64,000 nucleotides of DNA from an uncultured Gammaproteobacteria bacterium (GTDB taxonomy: Bacteria > Patescibacteriota > Patescibacteriia > 2-12-FULL-57-11), in assembly GCA_964648865.1 (NCBI GenBank), contig CAZYLV010000003.1, forward strand, positions 33,731-97,730. Reading direction: 5' to 3'. Made by a program: the position numbers and the translations under genes. This document shows positions 1 to 12,000 of the stretch, piece by piece. Every line of letters begins with the position of its first letter. Position 1 is the stretch's first letter. Under the pieces are notes generated by a model. The model had not been told where the DNA came from. It was given only the letters and a program-made list of their open reading frames with translations, and made no database searches.

Positions 1-72
1 CGCGTCACGGCGGGAGACGTGGTCGTCGCGGGTACGGCCCGCGACCGGGCGCGACGCCTGTTCGTACCGTAA
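1..72 (+). CDS. 3' end of an unidentified plus-strand CDS, partial at the window edge (reads ...RVTAGDVVVAGTARDRARRLFVP*)
   Basis: Open frame from base 1 to TAA at ~70-72. Too short to identify. The ORF track lists no plus-strand call here. Confidence 0.2.
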   Translation, partial: RVTAGDVVVAGTARDRARRLFVP

Positions 73-102
73 AAAGAAAGGACGGACCACGCGTGGTCCG
101 TC
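73..102 (-). terminator. Rho-independent terminator for minus-strand gene 101..445
   Basis: Perfect 22-nt palindrome GACGGACCACG/CGTGGTCCGTC (~81-102) abutting the stop codon. On the minus strand it is followed by TTTCTTTTT. Coordinates approximate. Confidence 0.45.
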
Positions 103-445
103 AATCCTCCTGGAGGAAGTACCAGGAGAAGAATTCCGTCCGGGCGCTGTTGAGCAGCGTGACGCTGTCCGACAGGACGCCCAAGACGATCTCGTTCCTC
201 AGCTCCTCGGGAAGGCGGCCGACGTACGGCTTGACCCTCTTCTCGAGCGTGCTGAACGCTCCCATCCGCCGCGTGAACTCCGCGCGCCCTCCCTCGAGCG
301 CGTCCCAGCCCGTCTCGCGGATGACCTTGGAGAGCGCCTCGTGCTCGCGGAAGTACCGCAGCAGCATGTTCCACAACTCGTCCGGCTCCAGCCGCCGTTC
401 CGGGGGTATGGACCCGGAACCGATGCGATTCCTGCCCATAGACAC
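101..445 (-). CDS. hypothetical protein (114 aa), divergent from atpA
   Basis: Track ORF 101..445. Non-repetitive composition, unlike the S/R-rich overlapping plus ORF 93..452. A strong SD (AGGAGGTG) sits 4 nt upstream of the ATG on the minus strand. A terminator follows directly downstream. Confidence 0.55.
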   Translation of the reverse strand: MSMGRNRIGSGSIPPERRLEPDELWNMLLRYFREHEALSKVIRETGWDALEGGRAEFTRRMGAFSTLEKRVKPYVGRLPEELRNEIVLGVLSDSVTLLNSARTEFFSWYFLQED

Positions 446-486
446 CTCCTGAACGGAACAGGGGACCCTAGCCCACTATACGTGAT

Positions 487-1992
<1,506 letters not shown>

Positions 1993-2017
1993 TGCATCAC
2001 GCCCCTACGATCTGATT

Positions 2018-4383
<2,366 letters not shown>

Positions 4384-4384
4384 C

Positions 4385-4831
4385 ATGCCTCCCATCCGCT
4401 TCGAGATCACCTCGCCCGAGCGGCAGGTCGCCAAGATGGCGGTCGACCAGGTGTCGATCCCGACCGTGCTAGGCGAGATCACCGTGCTCCCGGGGCACCT
4501 GCCGCTGGTCACGGAGCTGGCGGCGGGCGAACTGCGCCTGCGCGTGGACGGCGAGACCCGTTCCTACGCGGTCGCCGGGGGTTTCGTGCAGGTCCGGCCG
4601 GGCGACCAGGTGGTCATCCTGGCCGACGCGGCAGAGCGAGACGATGAGCTGGACATCAAGGCCATCGAAGCGGCCGAGGAGCGGGCCCGCAAGGCGCTCA
4701 CGGAGCAGGTGCGCCTGGACGACTCGGCCTACGCCTCGGCCGTGGCCGCCCTGGAACATGAGATGGCCCGGTTGCGGGTGGCACGCAAACGCGCTCCGCG
4801 CAGCGCGCCGACGGTCCCCGGCGGCGGATGA
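4385..4831 (+). CDS. atpC: F0F1 ATP synthase subunit epsilon
   Basis: 148 aa. N-terminal beta-sandwich pattern (..VLPGHLPLVTELAAGELRL..) plus a C-terminal helical region. It follows atpD by 1 nt. Confidence 0.92.
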   Translation: MPPIRFEITSPERQVAKMAVDQVSIPTVLGEITVLPGHLPLVTELAAGELRLRVDGETRSYAVAGGFVQVRPGDQVVILADAAERDDELDIKAIEAAEERARKALTEQVRLDDSAYASAVAALEHEMARLRVARKRAPRSAPTVPGGG

Positions 4832-4858
4832 GCAAGACGGCCCTCGGGGCCGTCTTGC
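4832..4858 (+). terminator. Stem-loop immediately after atpC (GCAAGACGGCC-loop-GGCCGTCTTGC), no U-tract. A TTGACG-N17-TAGCCT promoter-like element follows at ~4863-4891.
   Basis: Perfect 11-bp inverted repeat seen in the sequence. The downstream -35/-10-like hexamers sit ahead of gene 4935..5441. Coordinates approximate. Confidence 0.35.
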
Positions 4859-4934
4859 GGTATTGACGCGTCGCCACGCGGCGGGTAGCCTCACGGGGCC
4901 GTCGGCGACGACCGCCGCGGCGGAGAGGAGACCC

Positions 4935-5441
4935 ATGTTCCTGAAGGACCCGACGCCTCGGGAGCGGCACGCCCTGAGCTGCGACATGATCGTGCTCATC
5001 TGCTGCGACTGGCGCATCTGGGAAGCGGAGCTCCGCAGCCACCTCGACCGGTGGCGCGCCGACCGGGCGCGCTACGACCTCCTGGCCGTCCCGGGGGGCA
5101 TCCATCGTCTGATCCACGGTCCGGAGCACCGCTCCAGGACGCTCCTGGAGGACCTCGACGGGCTGGTCGCGCAAGGCATGCCGGAGACCATCATCATGAT
5201 CCAGCACACGCACTGCGCGGTCTACCGCCAGGAGCGCCCGGAGATGGATGAGGGCGAAGAACAGGAGTGGCTGATCGACGACATCGGCGAGGCATGGGGG
5301 ATGCTGGACAGGCGTTACCCGCGGATTTCCGTGCAGGGCTACGTCGCCGAGATCGACGTGCATGCCGGCAAGATGCGCGGGCTCAAGCACACCCGCTACT
5401 CGATCCCGCCCGTCCCACCGGAGATGCCCTCGCGCGTCTGA
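4935..5441 (+). CDS. hypothetical protein (168 aa) with beta-carbonic-anhydrase-like Cys/His motifs (CCDWR ... HTHC)
   Basis: Internal ATG of track ORF 4644..5441, preceded by the SD GGAGAGGAG. The C-x-D-x-R and H-x-x-C motifs are spaced about 60 aa apart, as in beta-CAs. The protein is short and divergent. Confidence 0.55.
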   Translation: MFLKDPTPRERHALSCDMIVLICCDWRIWEAELRSHLDRWRADRARYDLLAVPGGIHRLIHGPEHRSRTLLEDLDGLVAQGMPETIIMIQHTHCAVYRQERPEMDEGEEQEWLIDDIGEAWGMLDRRYPRISVQGYVAEIDVHAGKMRGLKHTRYSIPPVPPEMPSRV

Positions 5442-5454
5442 GGACGGCAGGAAA

Positions 5455-5481
5455 CGGCACCCCGCGCGGTGCCGGTTTTTT
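5455..5481 (+). terminator. Rho-independent terminator after gene 4935..5441
   Basis: CGGCACC-ccgcgc-GGTGCCG stem followed by GTTTTTT. Coordinates approximate. Confidence 0.5.
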
Positions 5482-5520
5482 GTCCACGTCAATCCTCCGG
5501 AAAAAGAAAAACCGTCCCGA

Positions 5521-5913
5521 TCACGGGAGCGGCTGGCCGAGCTGGAGCAGCTCGTCGATGTGATTCTTGTACTCGACGCCCGGGGCGGGTTTGGCGACGG
5601 CCCGCGCGTCGGGGATGTCCGCCGCCGCCGGCGCCAGCGCCTCGTCGTTGCCCGAGGTCAGGATCACCGGCAGGCCCGGCCTGAGGATCCGCATCTCCCG
5701 CGCCACCTCGTCGCCGCGCATCCTGGGCGACTCGAGATCGGCGATGAGGATGTCCGGGAGCTGCGTCCGGCACGCCTCGAGCGCCTCGGATCCCCACCTG
5801 AACCACTCGAACCGCATGCGGACGCCGTAGAGCGCCTGCAGCGTCCGTTTCATCGCCCGTCCGACGAGCTCCTCGTCGTCGACGATGTAGCAGAGCTTCG
5901 TCTCGTCTCCCAC
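5521..5913 (-). CDS. single-domain response regulator (CheY-like receiver), orphan
   Basis: Receiver motifs: an acidic DD pair (IVDDEE), a phospho-acceptor Asp context (LIADLESP) and a T/S..K region. The probable start is GTG at 5913 with AGGAGG 5 nt upstream. The long N-terminal extension in the track ORF lacks any SD. Confidence 0.8.
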   Translation of the reverse strand: MGDETKLCYIVDDEELVGRAMKRTLQALYGVRMRFEWFRWGSEALEACRTQLPDILIADLESPRMRGDEVAREMRILRPGLPVILTSGNDEALAPAAADIPDARAVAKPAPGVEYKNHIDELLQLGQPLP

Positions 5914-5956
5914 GCTTGCCTCCTGGGTGAGGGAGATGGGAACATAGCACCCTCCG

Positions 5957-8884
5957 ATGCCGATGTCAATGCGCCCCGAGGACCTGCTCACCGACCTCAA
6001 CCCGGAGCAGCGGACGGCGGTCACCCACGACCGCGGCCCGTTGCTGATCGTGGCCGGGGCGGGGACCGGCAAGACCAGCGTCATCACCCGGCGCATCGGC
6101 TGGCTGATGGCCTCGGGCAAGGCGCCGGCCGAAGGGATCCTGGCGCTGACCTTCACGGACAAAGCGGCGGCCGAGATGGAGGAGCGGGTCGATCGGCTGC
6201 TGCCGCTCGGTTACGGCGACCTTTGGATGTCGACCTTCCACGGGTTCGGCGAGCGCGTGCTGCGCGAGCGGGGCCTGGAGATCGGCCTGCCCGGCGGCTT
6301 CCGCCTGCTCGACGAGACCGGCCAGTGGATGCTGCTGCGCCGCCACTGGGACGCGCTCAGGCTCGACTACTACCGGCCGCTCGGCAATCCCACCAAGTTC
6401 CTGCAGGCGCTCATCGCGCACTTCTCCCGCGTCCAGGACGAGCTGGTCGCGCCGGCGCAGTACCTGGAGTTCGCCAAGGCGCAGGCGCTGGACACCGACG
6501 CCGACGAGGCGCGCGACAGCGAGGCAAAGAGGCTGGCCGAGGTGGCCGAGACCTATCACGCCTACAAGCGCATCCTCCGCGACGAGGGCGCGCTCGACTT
6601 TTCCGACCTCATCAACGAGACGCTGCGGCTGTTGCGGGAGCGCCCGCAGGTGCTGGCCGAATTCCGGGCGCGCTTCCGGTACGTCCTGGTCGACGAGTTC
6701 CAGGACACCAACTGGGCGCAGTACGAACTGGTGAAGCTGCTGGCCGGGGACGCCAGGAACGTCACCGTGGTCGGCGACGATGACCAGTCCATCTACAAGT
6801 TCCGCGGCGCTTCCGTCTCCAACATCCTGGACTTCACGCGGGACTTCCCGGACGCGGCGCGCGTGGTGCTGACCCGCAACTACCGTTCGCGGCAGGAGAT
6901 CCTGGACTGCGCGCACGCCTTCATCCAACACAACAACCCGGACCGCCTCGAGGCCCGCATGGGTGAGGCGCTCTCCAAGAGGCTCGTCGCCGAGCGGGGG
7001 ACGGGCGGCGCCATCATCCGCCTGCATGGCAAGAGCCTGGGCGACGAGGCCCGGCTGGTGGCCGAGAAGATCCTTGAGCTGCACGAGAAGGACGGCGCCA
7101 GCTGGAACGACTTCGCCATCCTCAGCCGCGCCAACGACCACGCCGAGCCGTTCCTGCAGGCGCTCAGGGCGCGCGGCATCCCGCACGAGTTCGTGGCGGC
7201 GCGCGGGCTCTTCACCGACCCCATCGCCATCGACATCCTGGCCTACCTCCGGTGCCTCACGGACCCGAACGACAGCCCGTCCTTCTACCGGCTGCTGACG
7301 ACGCCGGTGGCGCCCATCGCCCATGACGCGCTGGTGGCGCTCACCCACCACGCGGCCAGGAAGGGCGTGACGCTGTTCGAGGCCGCCCGTCGCGCCGAGG
7401 CCGTGCCCGGGGTGGGGGAGGGGGCCGCCACGGCGTTGCGCACCCTGGTGGCGCTGCTGGAGCGGCATGGGCTCGAGGCGCGCCGCGCGCCGGTCGGACG
7501 CGTGCTGCTCGCCATGCTGCACGAGTCGGGCTACCTCAGGGCGCTGGCCAACCAGAGCGACGAGATGAGCCGCGAGGCCATGCGCGTGCTGCAGCAGTTC
7601 TGGAGGGCCGTCGAGGGCTTTTCCGCGGAGGAACCCGAGCCCACCGCCCAACGCTTCCTGCAACACGTGCGCATGCAGCTCGACGCCGGCGACTCCGGCT
7701 TCTTGCCGCCGGACCCGGAGGCCGGTCCGGAGCTCGTGCGTGTCATGACCTGCCATGCCGCCAAAGGGCTCGAGTTCGCCAACGTCTTCGTGGTCAATCT
7801 CGTGGACCGCCGCTTCCCGACGTCGGAACGCCGCGACGCGATTCCGGTGCCGGAGGCCTTCATCAAGGAACAGTTGCCCGAGGGCGACGCCCACCTCCAG
7901 GAGGAACGCCGCCTGTTCTACGTGGCCATGACGCGCGCCCGGGACCGGCTGTTCCTGACGTCGGCCGAAGACTACGGCGGCAGCCGCGCCAAAAAGCCCT
8001 CGCGCTTCCTGGAGGAGTCCGGCTTCGGGCCGGCGACCGCGGAGAGCCGCGAGCCGATCGTCGAGTTCGACCCGATGCCGCGTCCGGCCTTCGGCGCGCT
8101 GCCCATCCCGGAGCGGATGAGCTTCACGCAGTTCGCGGCCTTCGAGACGTGCCCGCTGCAGTACAAGTACGAGCACCTCCTGCGCATCCCCAAGCGCGGC
8201 AACGAGAACCAGAGCTTCGGACAGTCGGTGCACGGGACGCTGCAGGAGTTCTTCGAGCGTTACCGGGCCCGCGGGGCAGCGGCCGTGCCGACGCTCTTCG
8301 ACCAGGCGCCGGCCGCGGAGCGGAAGCCGGTCGGGCAGGTGGTGCCGCTCGACGAGCTGCTGGAGATCTATCGGGAGAAGTTCGTCGACGAGTGGTATGC
8401 GGATGCCGCGCGGCGCACCGAGCGTTATGAACGCGGCCGCGCGGCGCTCACCGCGTATTGGAACCGCATCGCCGGCGAGACGGTCGACATCGCGGGCATC
8501 GAGGTCGGGTTCACGCTCAAGTTCGGCGATGCCGTGGTCAAGGGCCGCATCGACCGCATCGACCGGCTCCCGGACGGGACGGTCCGCATCGTCGACTACA
8601 AGACCGGCAAACCCAAGGAGCGGCCGGACAAGGACCAGCTGTTCATCTACCAGCTGGCGGCACTGCGTGTCCTCGAGATGAGGCCGTCAGCGCTCACGTA
8701 CCACTATCTCGAGGGAGACGTGGAGACGTCGTTCCTCGGCACCGACGACGATCTCGCTGACCTTGAGGAGCGCATCAACGCGACCGTGGCCAAGATCCGG
8801 GCCAGCCGTTTCGACGCCACCCCCAACGTCTTGGCCTGCAGGTTCTGCGACTTCAAGGACATCTGCGAATCGCGCGTCGTCTAG
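5957..8884 (+). CDS. UvrD/PcrA-family DNA helicase fused to a C-terminal PD-(D/E)xK (RecB/Cas4-like) nuclease domain with a Cys cluster
   Basis: 975 aa. Walker A AGAGTGKTSV, helicase motifs (DEFQDTN, TFHGFG, ..QNYRS) and a C-terminal nuclease region (GRIDRIDR..VDYKTGKP ... CRFCDFKDIC). Ends with TAG. Confidence 0.9.
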   Translation: MPMSMRPEDLLTDLNPEQRTAVTHDRGPLLIVAGAGTGKTSVITRRIGWLMASGKAPAEGILALTFTDKAAAEMEERVDRLLPLGYGDLWMSTFHGFGERVLRERGLEIGLPGGFRLLDETGQWMLLRRHWDALRLDYYRPLGNPTKFLQALIAHFSRVQDELVAPAQYLEFAKAQALDTDADEARDSEAKRLAEVAETYHAYKRILRDEGALDFSDLINETLRLLRERPQVLAEFRARFRYVLVDEFQDTNWAQYELVKLLAGDARNVTVVGDDDQSIYKFRGASVSNILDFTRDFPDAARVVLTRNYRSRQEILDCAHAFIQHNNPDRLEARMGEALSKRLVAERGTGGAIIRLHGKSLGDEARLVAEKILELHEKDGASWNDFAILSRANDHAEPFLQALRARGIPHEFVAARGLFTDPIAIDILAYLRCLTDPNDSPSFYRLLTTPVAPIAHDALVALTHHAARKGVTLFEAARRAEAVPGVGEGAATALRTLVALLERHGLEARRAPVGRVLLAMLHESGYLRALANQSDEMSREAMRVLQQFWRAVEGFSAEEPEPTAQRFLQHVRMQLDAGDSGFLPPDPEAGPELVRVMTCHAAKGLEFANVFVVNLVDRRFPTSERRDAIPVPEAFIKEQLPEGDAHLQEERRLFYVAMTRARDRLFLTSAEDYGGSRAKKPSRFLEESGFGPATAESREPIVEFDPMPRPAFGALPIPERMSFTQFAAFETCPLQYKYEHLLRIPKRGNENQSFGQSVHGTLQEFFERYRARGAAAVPTLFDQAPAAERKPVGQVVPLDELLEIYREKFVDEWYADAARRTERYERGRAALTAYWNRIAGETVDIAGIEVGFTLKFGDAVVKGRIDRIDRLPDGTVRIVDYKTGKPKERPDKDQLFIYQLAALRVLEMRPSALTYHYLEGDVETSFLGTDDDLADLEERINATVAKIRASRFDATPNVLACRFCDFKDICESRVV

Positions 8885-8886
8885 CT

Positions 8887-9204
8887 ATGGCCATGGAACC
8901 GCTCGGCAAGCTGATCAAGAAGCAGATCGCCGCCAAGGCCGACTTGGCCGGGCCGTTGACCGCGGCGCGCATCGTCGCCGCAGCAGGGCAGGAGCTCGCC
9001 GACGCCTACCCGTCGCTCGCCAAGCGCGTCCGTGTGGTCTCCTTCCGCGACGGCATCCTCTCCGTGGCGACGGCCAGCGGCGCGGCGGCCGCGGAACTGC
9101 GGCTGCGCGAGGGCCGGTACCTTGCAGGCCTGCGCGCGCGTCTCGGCAGCGCCGTCCGTGCGTTGCGGTACGGTGTCGGCGCGCGGTACGATGGAGACGC
9201 ATGA
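8887..9204 (+). CDS. DUF721-like small protein (105 aa)
   Basis: Starts 2 nt after the helicase stop. Its pattern (LGKL..., VVSFRDGILSVATASGAAAAELRLRE..L) resembles the DUF721/DciA-like family. This assignment is from memory of the family profile. Confidence 0.45.
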   Translation: MAMEPLGKLIKKQIAAKADLAGPLTAARIVAAAGQELADAYPSLAKRVRVVSFRDGILSVATASGAAAAELRLREGRYLAGLRARLGSAVRALRYGVGARYDGDA

Positions 9205-9584
9205 CCTTCCGTCAGTACATCATGGCCATGGGTCTCGGGACGCTCATCGCCTGGGCGGCCTTCCTGCTGATCGTCGCGCTCGTCGACCCGACGAGCGCCG
9301 GCCTGCTCGGCCTGGCGTTCTTCTACGTCTCGCTGGCCGTGGCCACGTCCGGCACGTTGGCCTTGATCGGACTCTTCGTCCGCACGGTCGTGGTCCGCAC
9401 TCAGGACGTGCTCTCAAAGCAGGTCACCCATGCGTTCCGCGAGGGCATGCTGGTGGCGCTGCTGGTGGTCGTCGCCCTGGCGCTCCAGCGCAACGGGCTC
9501 CTGAACATCCTCAATACCACGCTGCTTCTCGCGGTTTTGGTGCTGACCGAGCTGTTTTTCCTCTCCTATCGGCCCCGCGCCTAG
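9201..9584 (+). CDS. small integral membrane protein (127 aa, ~4 TM helices)
   Basis: The ATG overlaps the upstream stop (ATGA). The protein is strongly hydrophobic with helix-length segments. Ends with TAG. Confidence 0.55.
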   Translation: MTFRQYIMAMGLGTLIAWAAFLLIVALVDPTSAGLLGLAFFYVSLAVATSGTLALIGLFVRTVVVRTQDVLSKQVTHAFREGMLVALLVVVALALQRNGLLNILNTTLLLAVLVLTELFFLSYRPRA

Positions 9585-9629
9585 CCGGCTTGCCAGGCCG
9601 GAGGGGGGTCGGTACACTTTTTCGGCTAT

Positions 9630-10691
9630 ATGCTGAAGCGGTTTTTCGGGGCTTTCTCCCGCGACATCGGCATCGACCTGGGGACGGCCAACACCCTGGT
9701 CTATGCCAAGGATAAGGGGCTCGTCATCAACGAGCCCTCGGTCGTCGCCGTCAACACGCGGACCGGCCAGATCCTCGCCGTCGGCCGCGAGGCCAAGGAG
9801 ATGGCCGGCAAGACGCCGGCCCACATCGTCGTGGTGCGGCCGTTGCTCAAGGGCGTCATCTCGGACTTCGAGGTCACCGAGAAGATGCTCAAGCACTTCA
9901 TCCAGAAGGTCCATGCCGACCGCTCCATGCTCGCGCCGGCGCCGCGCGTCGTCGTCGGCGTGCCGCTCGAGATCACCGAGGTGGAGCGCAAGGCGGTGGA
10001 GGACGCCGTGCTCTCGGCCGGCGCGCGCGAGGTCTACCTCATCGAGGAGCCCATGGCCGCCGCGATCGGCGCCCGACTCCCCATCGAGGACGCCATCGGC
10101 AACATGATCGTCGACATTGGCGGCGGCACCACGGAGATCGCCGTCATCTCGCTGGGCGGCGTGGTCACCTGGAAGTCGCTGCACGTGGCCGGCGACGAGC
10201 TGACCCGCAACATCGTCCAGTACGCCCGCGACGTCTTCTCCATCCTGTTGGGCGAGCGCAACGCGGAACAGGTCAAGATCCGCATCGGCTCCGCGGCCGA
10301 GCTCGACGAGCCGTTGGAGATGGCCTTGCGCGGCCGCGACCTCATCTCCGGCTTGCCCAAGGAGATCGTCGTCACCGACGGGCAGATCCGCGAGGCCCTG
10401 GCGCGTTCCGTGAAGACCGTCATCGAGAACGTCAAGGCGACGCTCGAGAACACGCCGCCGGAGCTCGTCGCCGACATCTACGAGCGCGGCATCGTGCTGA
10501 CCGGCGGCGGCGCCTTGCTCAAGGGCATCGACAAGGCCATCGCCCGGACCGCGCAGATCCCGGTGCGCGTCGCCGACGACCCGCTGACGTGCGTGGTCCG
10601 CGGCACCGGCGTGCTGCTCGAGAACCCCGCCCTGCTCAAGATCATCGCCGTGCCGTCGGCGCGTGACGACCGCGGCCCGGCCGTCGGGTGA
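9630..10691 (+). CDS. mreB: rod shape-determining protein MreB
   Basis: 353 aa. Actin-fold motifs (IGIDLGTANT, LIEEPMAAAIGA, DIGGGTTE). Confidence 0.96.
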   Translation: MLKRFFGAFSRDIGIDLGTANTLVYAKDKGLVINEPSVVAVNTRTGQILAVGREAKEMAGKTPAHIVVVRPLLKGVISDFEVTEKMLKHFIQKVHADRSMLAPAPRVVVGVPLEITEVERKAVEDAVLSAGAREVYLIEEPMAAAIGARLPIEDAIGNMIVDIGGGTTEIAVISLGGVVTWKSLHVAGDELTRNIVQYARDVFSILLGERNAEQVKIRIGSAAELDEPLEMALRGRDLISGLPKEIVVTDGQIREALARSVKTVIENVKATLENTPPELVADIYERGIVLTGGGALLKGIDKAIARTAQIPVRVADDPLTCVVRGTGVLLENPALLKIIAVPSARDDRGPAVG

Positions 10692-10692
10692 C

Positions 10693-11496
10693 ATGCGCCT
10701 GCGCGTCCGCCCCGCGCCCGTCCTCGCCGCCGTCGGCATCCTCGCCGGCGGCGTCGCGCTTGCCGCGCTGCCCGCGGCCGCGCCGGTGCGCGACGGCGCG
10801 GCGCGCCTGCTGTTGGCTCCCGGTGCGGCCCTCGGCGCCGCCGCCCGCGGCCTGGCGACCGGCTGGCGTCAGGCACCCGATGCGGACAGCGCGCGGCTCC
10901 GCGAGGAGCGCGACGCGCTCGTGCTCGAGAACGCCAGGCTGCGCGGCACCGCCCAGGAGGCCGAGGAGCTGCGGGCGTTGCTCGCATACCGGGAGCGGAG
11001 CGGTCAGGAACCGGTCGCCGCGCGCGTCATCGGACGCACCAGCGACCTCGGTCTGGACGGCCTGCTCATCGACCGCGGCACGGACGACGGCGTGGGGGAG
11101 GGGATGGCCGTCATCGCCGGCGACGGCTTCTACCTCGGCCTGGTGCGCCAGGCCGGACCGACGACCGCCGTGGTGCTGCTCGGTACCGACAGCCGCCACC
11201 GCGTCGCGGCCATGCTCCAGAACGGCACGCGCAGCATCGGCTACGTGGAAGGCGGGCGCGGACTCGGCATGGCCATGCGGCTCATCCCGCAGGATGAGCG
11301 CGTCGATGCCGGACAGCTCGTCGTGACGTCCGGGTTGGATCCTGCCATCCCCCGCGGACTGGTCATCGGCCGCGTGGAGCGGGTGACGCGCGCGCCGCAG
11401 GAACCGTTCCAGACGGCGGTCGTCAGCCCGATGGTCGCCGCGGACCGGCAGTCCTTCGTGGCCGTGGTCCGCGTCACGACCCCGGACGCCCTATGA
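10693..11496 (+). CDS. mreC: rod shape-determining protein MreC
   Basis: The ATG lies 2 nt after the mreB stop. It has an N-terminal TM segment, a coiled-coil region (LREERDALVLENARLRG) and a C-terminal beta-rich domain. Its position between mreB and mreD supports the call. Confidence 0.85.
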   Translation: MRLRVRPAPVLAAVGILAGGVALAALPAAAPVRDGAARLLLAPGAALGAAARGLATGWRQAPDADSARLREERDALVLENARLRGTAQEAEELRALLAYRERSGQEPVAARVIGRTSDLGLDGLLIDRGTDDGVGEGMAVIAGDGFYLGLVRQAGPTTAVVLLGTDSRHRVAAMLQNGTRSIGYVEGGRGLGMAMRLIPQDERVDAGQLVVTSGLDPAIPRGLVIGRVERVTRAPQEPFQTAVVSPMVAADRQSFVAVVRVTTPDAL

Positions 11497-11999
11497 TCCT
11501 CGGGTTCCTCCTCCGCCTGACGGCGATCGCCGCCTCGTTTTGGATGGACGTCTTCGTCCTGCCGGCGTTCGGCGTGCCGGAGGCGTTCTGGATCACCGCC
11601 GCCAGCCTGGCCTTCCTGGCACGCGGCCTGCCGCACGGCCGCGCCGCCGCGCTCGGGGCGGCGGCCGGGACGCTCTTTTCGCTGGTCGGCAGCTTGCCGG
11701 CCGTCGCCTATCTCGCCGCGGGGATCGTCGCGGGGTGGGGGACGGCCTGGGTGAGCCGGATGTACCTCAGCCAACGCTCGCTGGTCTCCATGGCCGGGCT
11801 GGCCTTCCTGTGCGCCGCGGCGTTCTGGTCCCCGGCGCTGATCCGCGCCTTCCTCGACGCCGCGCGCGGTGCCGACCCCGGCGCCTTCGCCGCGGCCATG
11901 CGTGCGGTGCTGCTCCAGGCGGCCGCCACCGCGGCGCTTTCCGTGCCGCTGGTGCTCGTCCGGCGCGCCGCCGACGTGCGTATCCATCGCCTGCGCTGA
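11493..11999 (+). CDS. mreD: rod shape-determining protein MreD (polytopic membrane protein)
   Basis: 168 aa, all hydrophobic helices. Overlaps the mreC stop by 4 nt. The canonical mreBCD order supports the call. Confidence 0.7.
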   Translation: MILGFLLRLTAIAASFWMDVFVLPAFGVPEAFWITAASLAFLARGLPHGRAAALGAAAGTLFSLVGSLPAVAYLAAGIVAGWGTAWVSRMYLSQRSLVSMAGLAFLCAAAFWSPALIRAFLDAARGADPGAFAAAMRAVLLQAAATAALSVPLVLVRRAADVRIHRLR

Positions 12000-12000
12000 T

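Noticed and set aside
93-452. Plus-strand ORF 93..452 upstream of atpA
   Set aside because: The translation is S/R-rich and repetitive with no SD. The overlapping minus-strand ORF 101..445 has a strong SD, a terminator and a natural composition.
5966-8233. Very long antisense or shifted-frame ORFs opposite real genes (e.g. 5966..8233 -, 11767..14625 -, 22618..24540 +, 25847..27829 -, 30541..32544 -, 43476..45365 +, 53222..54424 +, 54725..56710 +, 60948..62150 +)
   Set aside because: They have R/A/G/P-rich low-complexity translations and no motifs. They always overlap a well-supported homologous gene on the other strand. This is the usual artefact of ~70% GC DNA with few stop codons.
8882-8884. 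Possibility that TAG is recoded genome-wide, which would rescue clpB
   Set aside because: TAG ends the helicase (8882-8884), mrdA (13957-13959), ftsQ (20927-20929), the M23 peptidase and the small membrane protein exactly where homologues end, so amber is a genuine stop here. TGA likewise terminates the atp genes, so there is no UGA recoding of the Gracilibacteria type.
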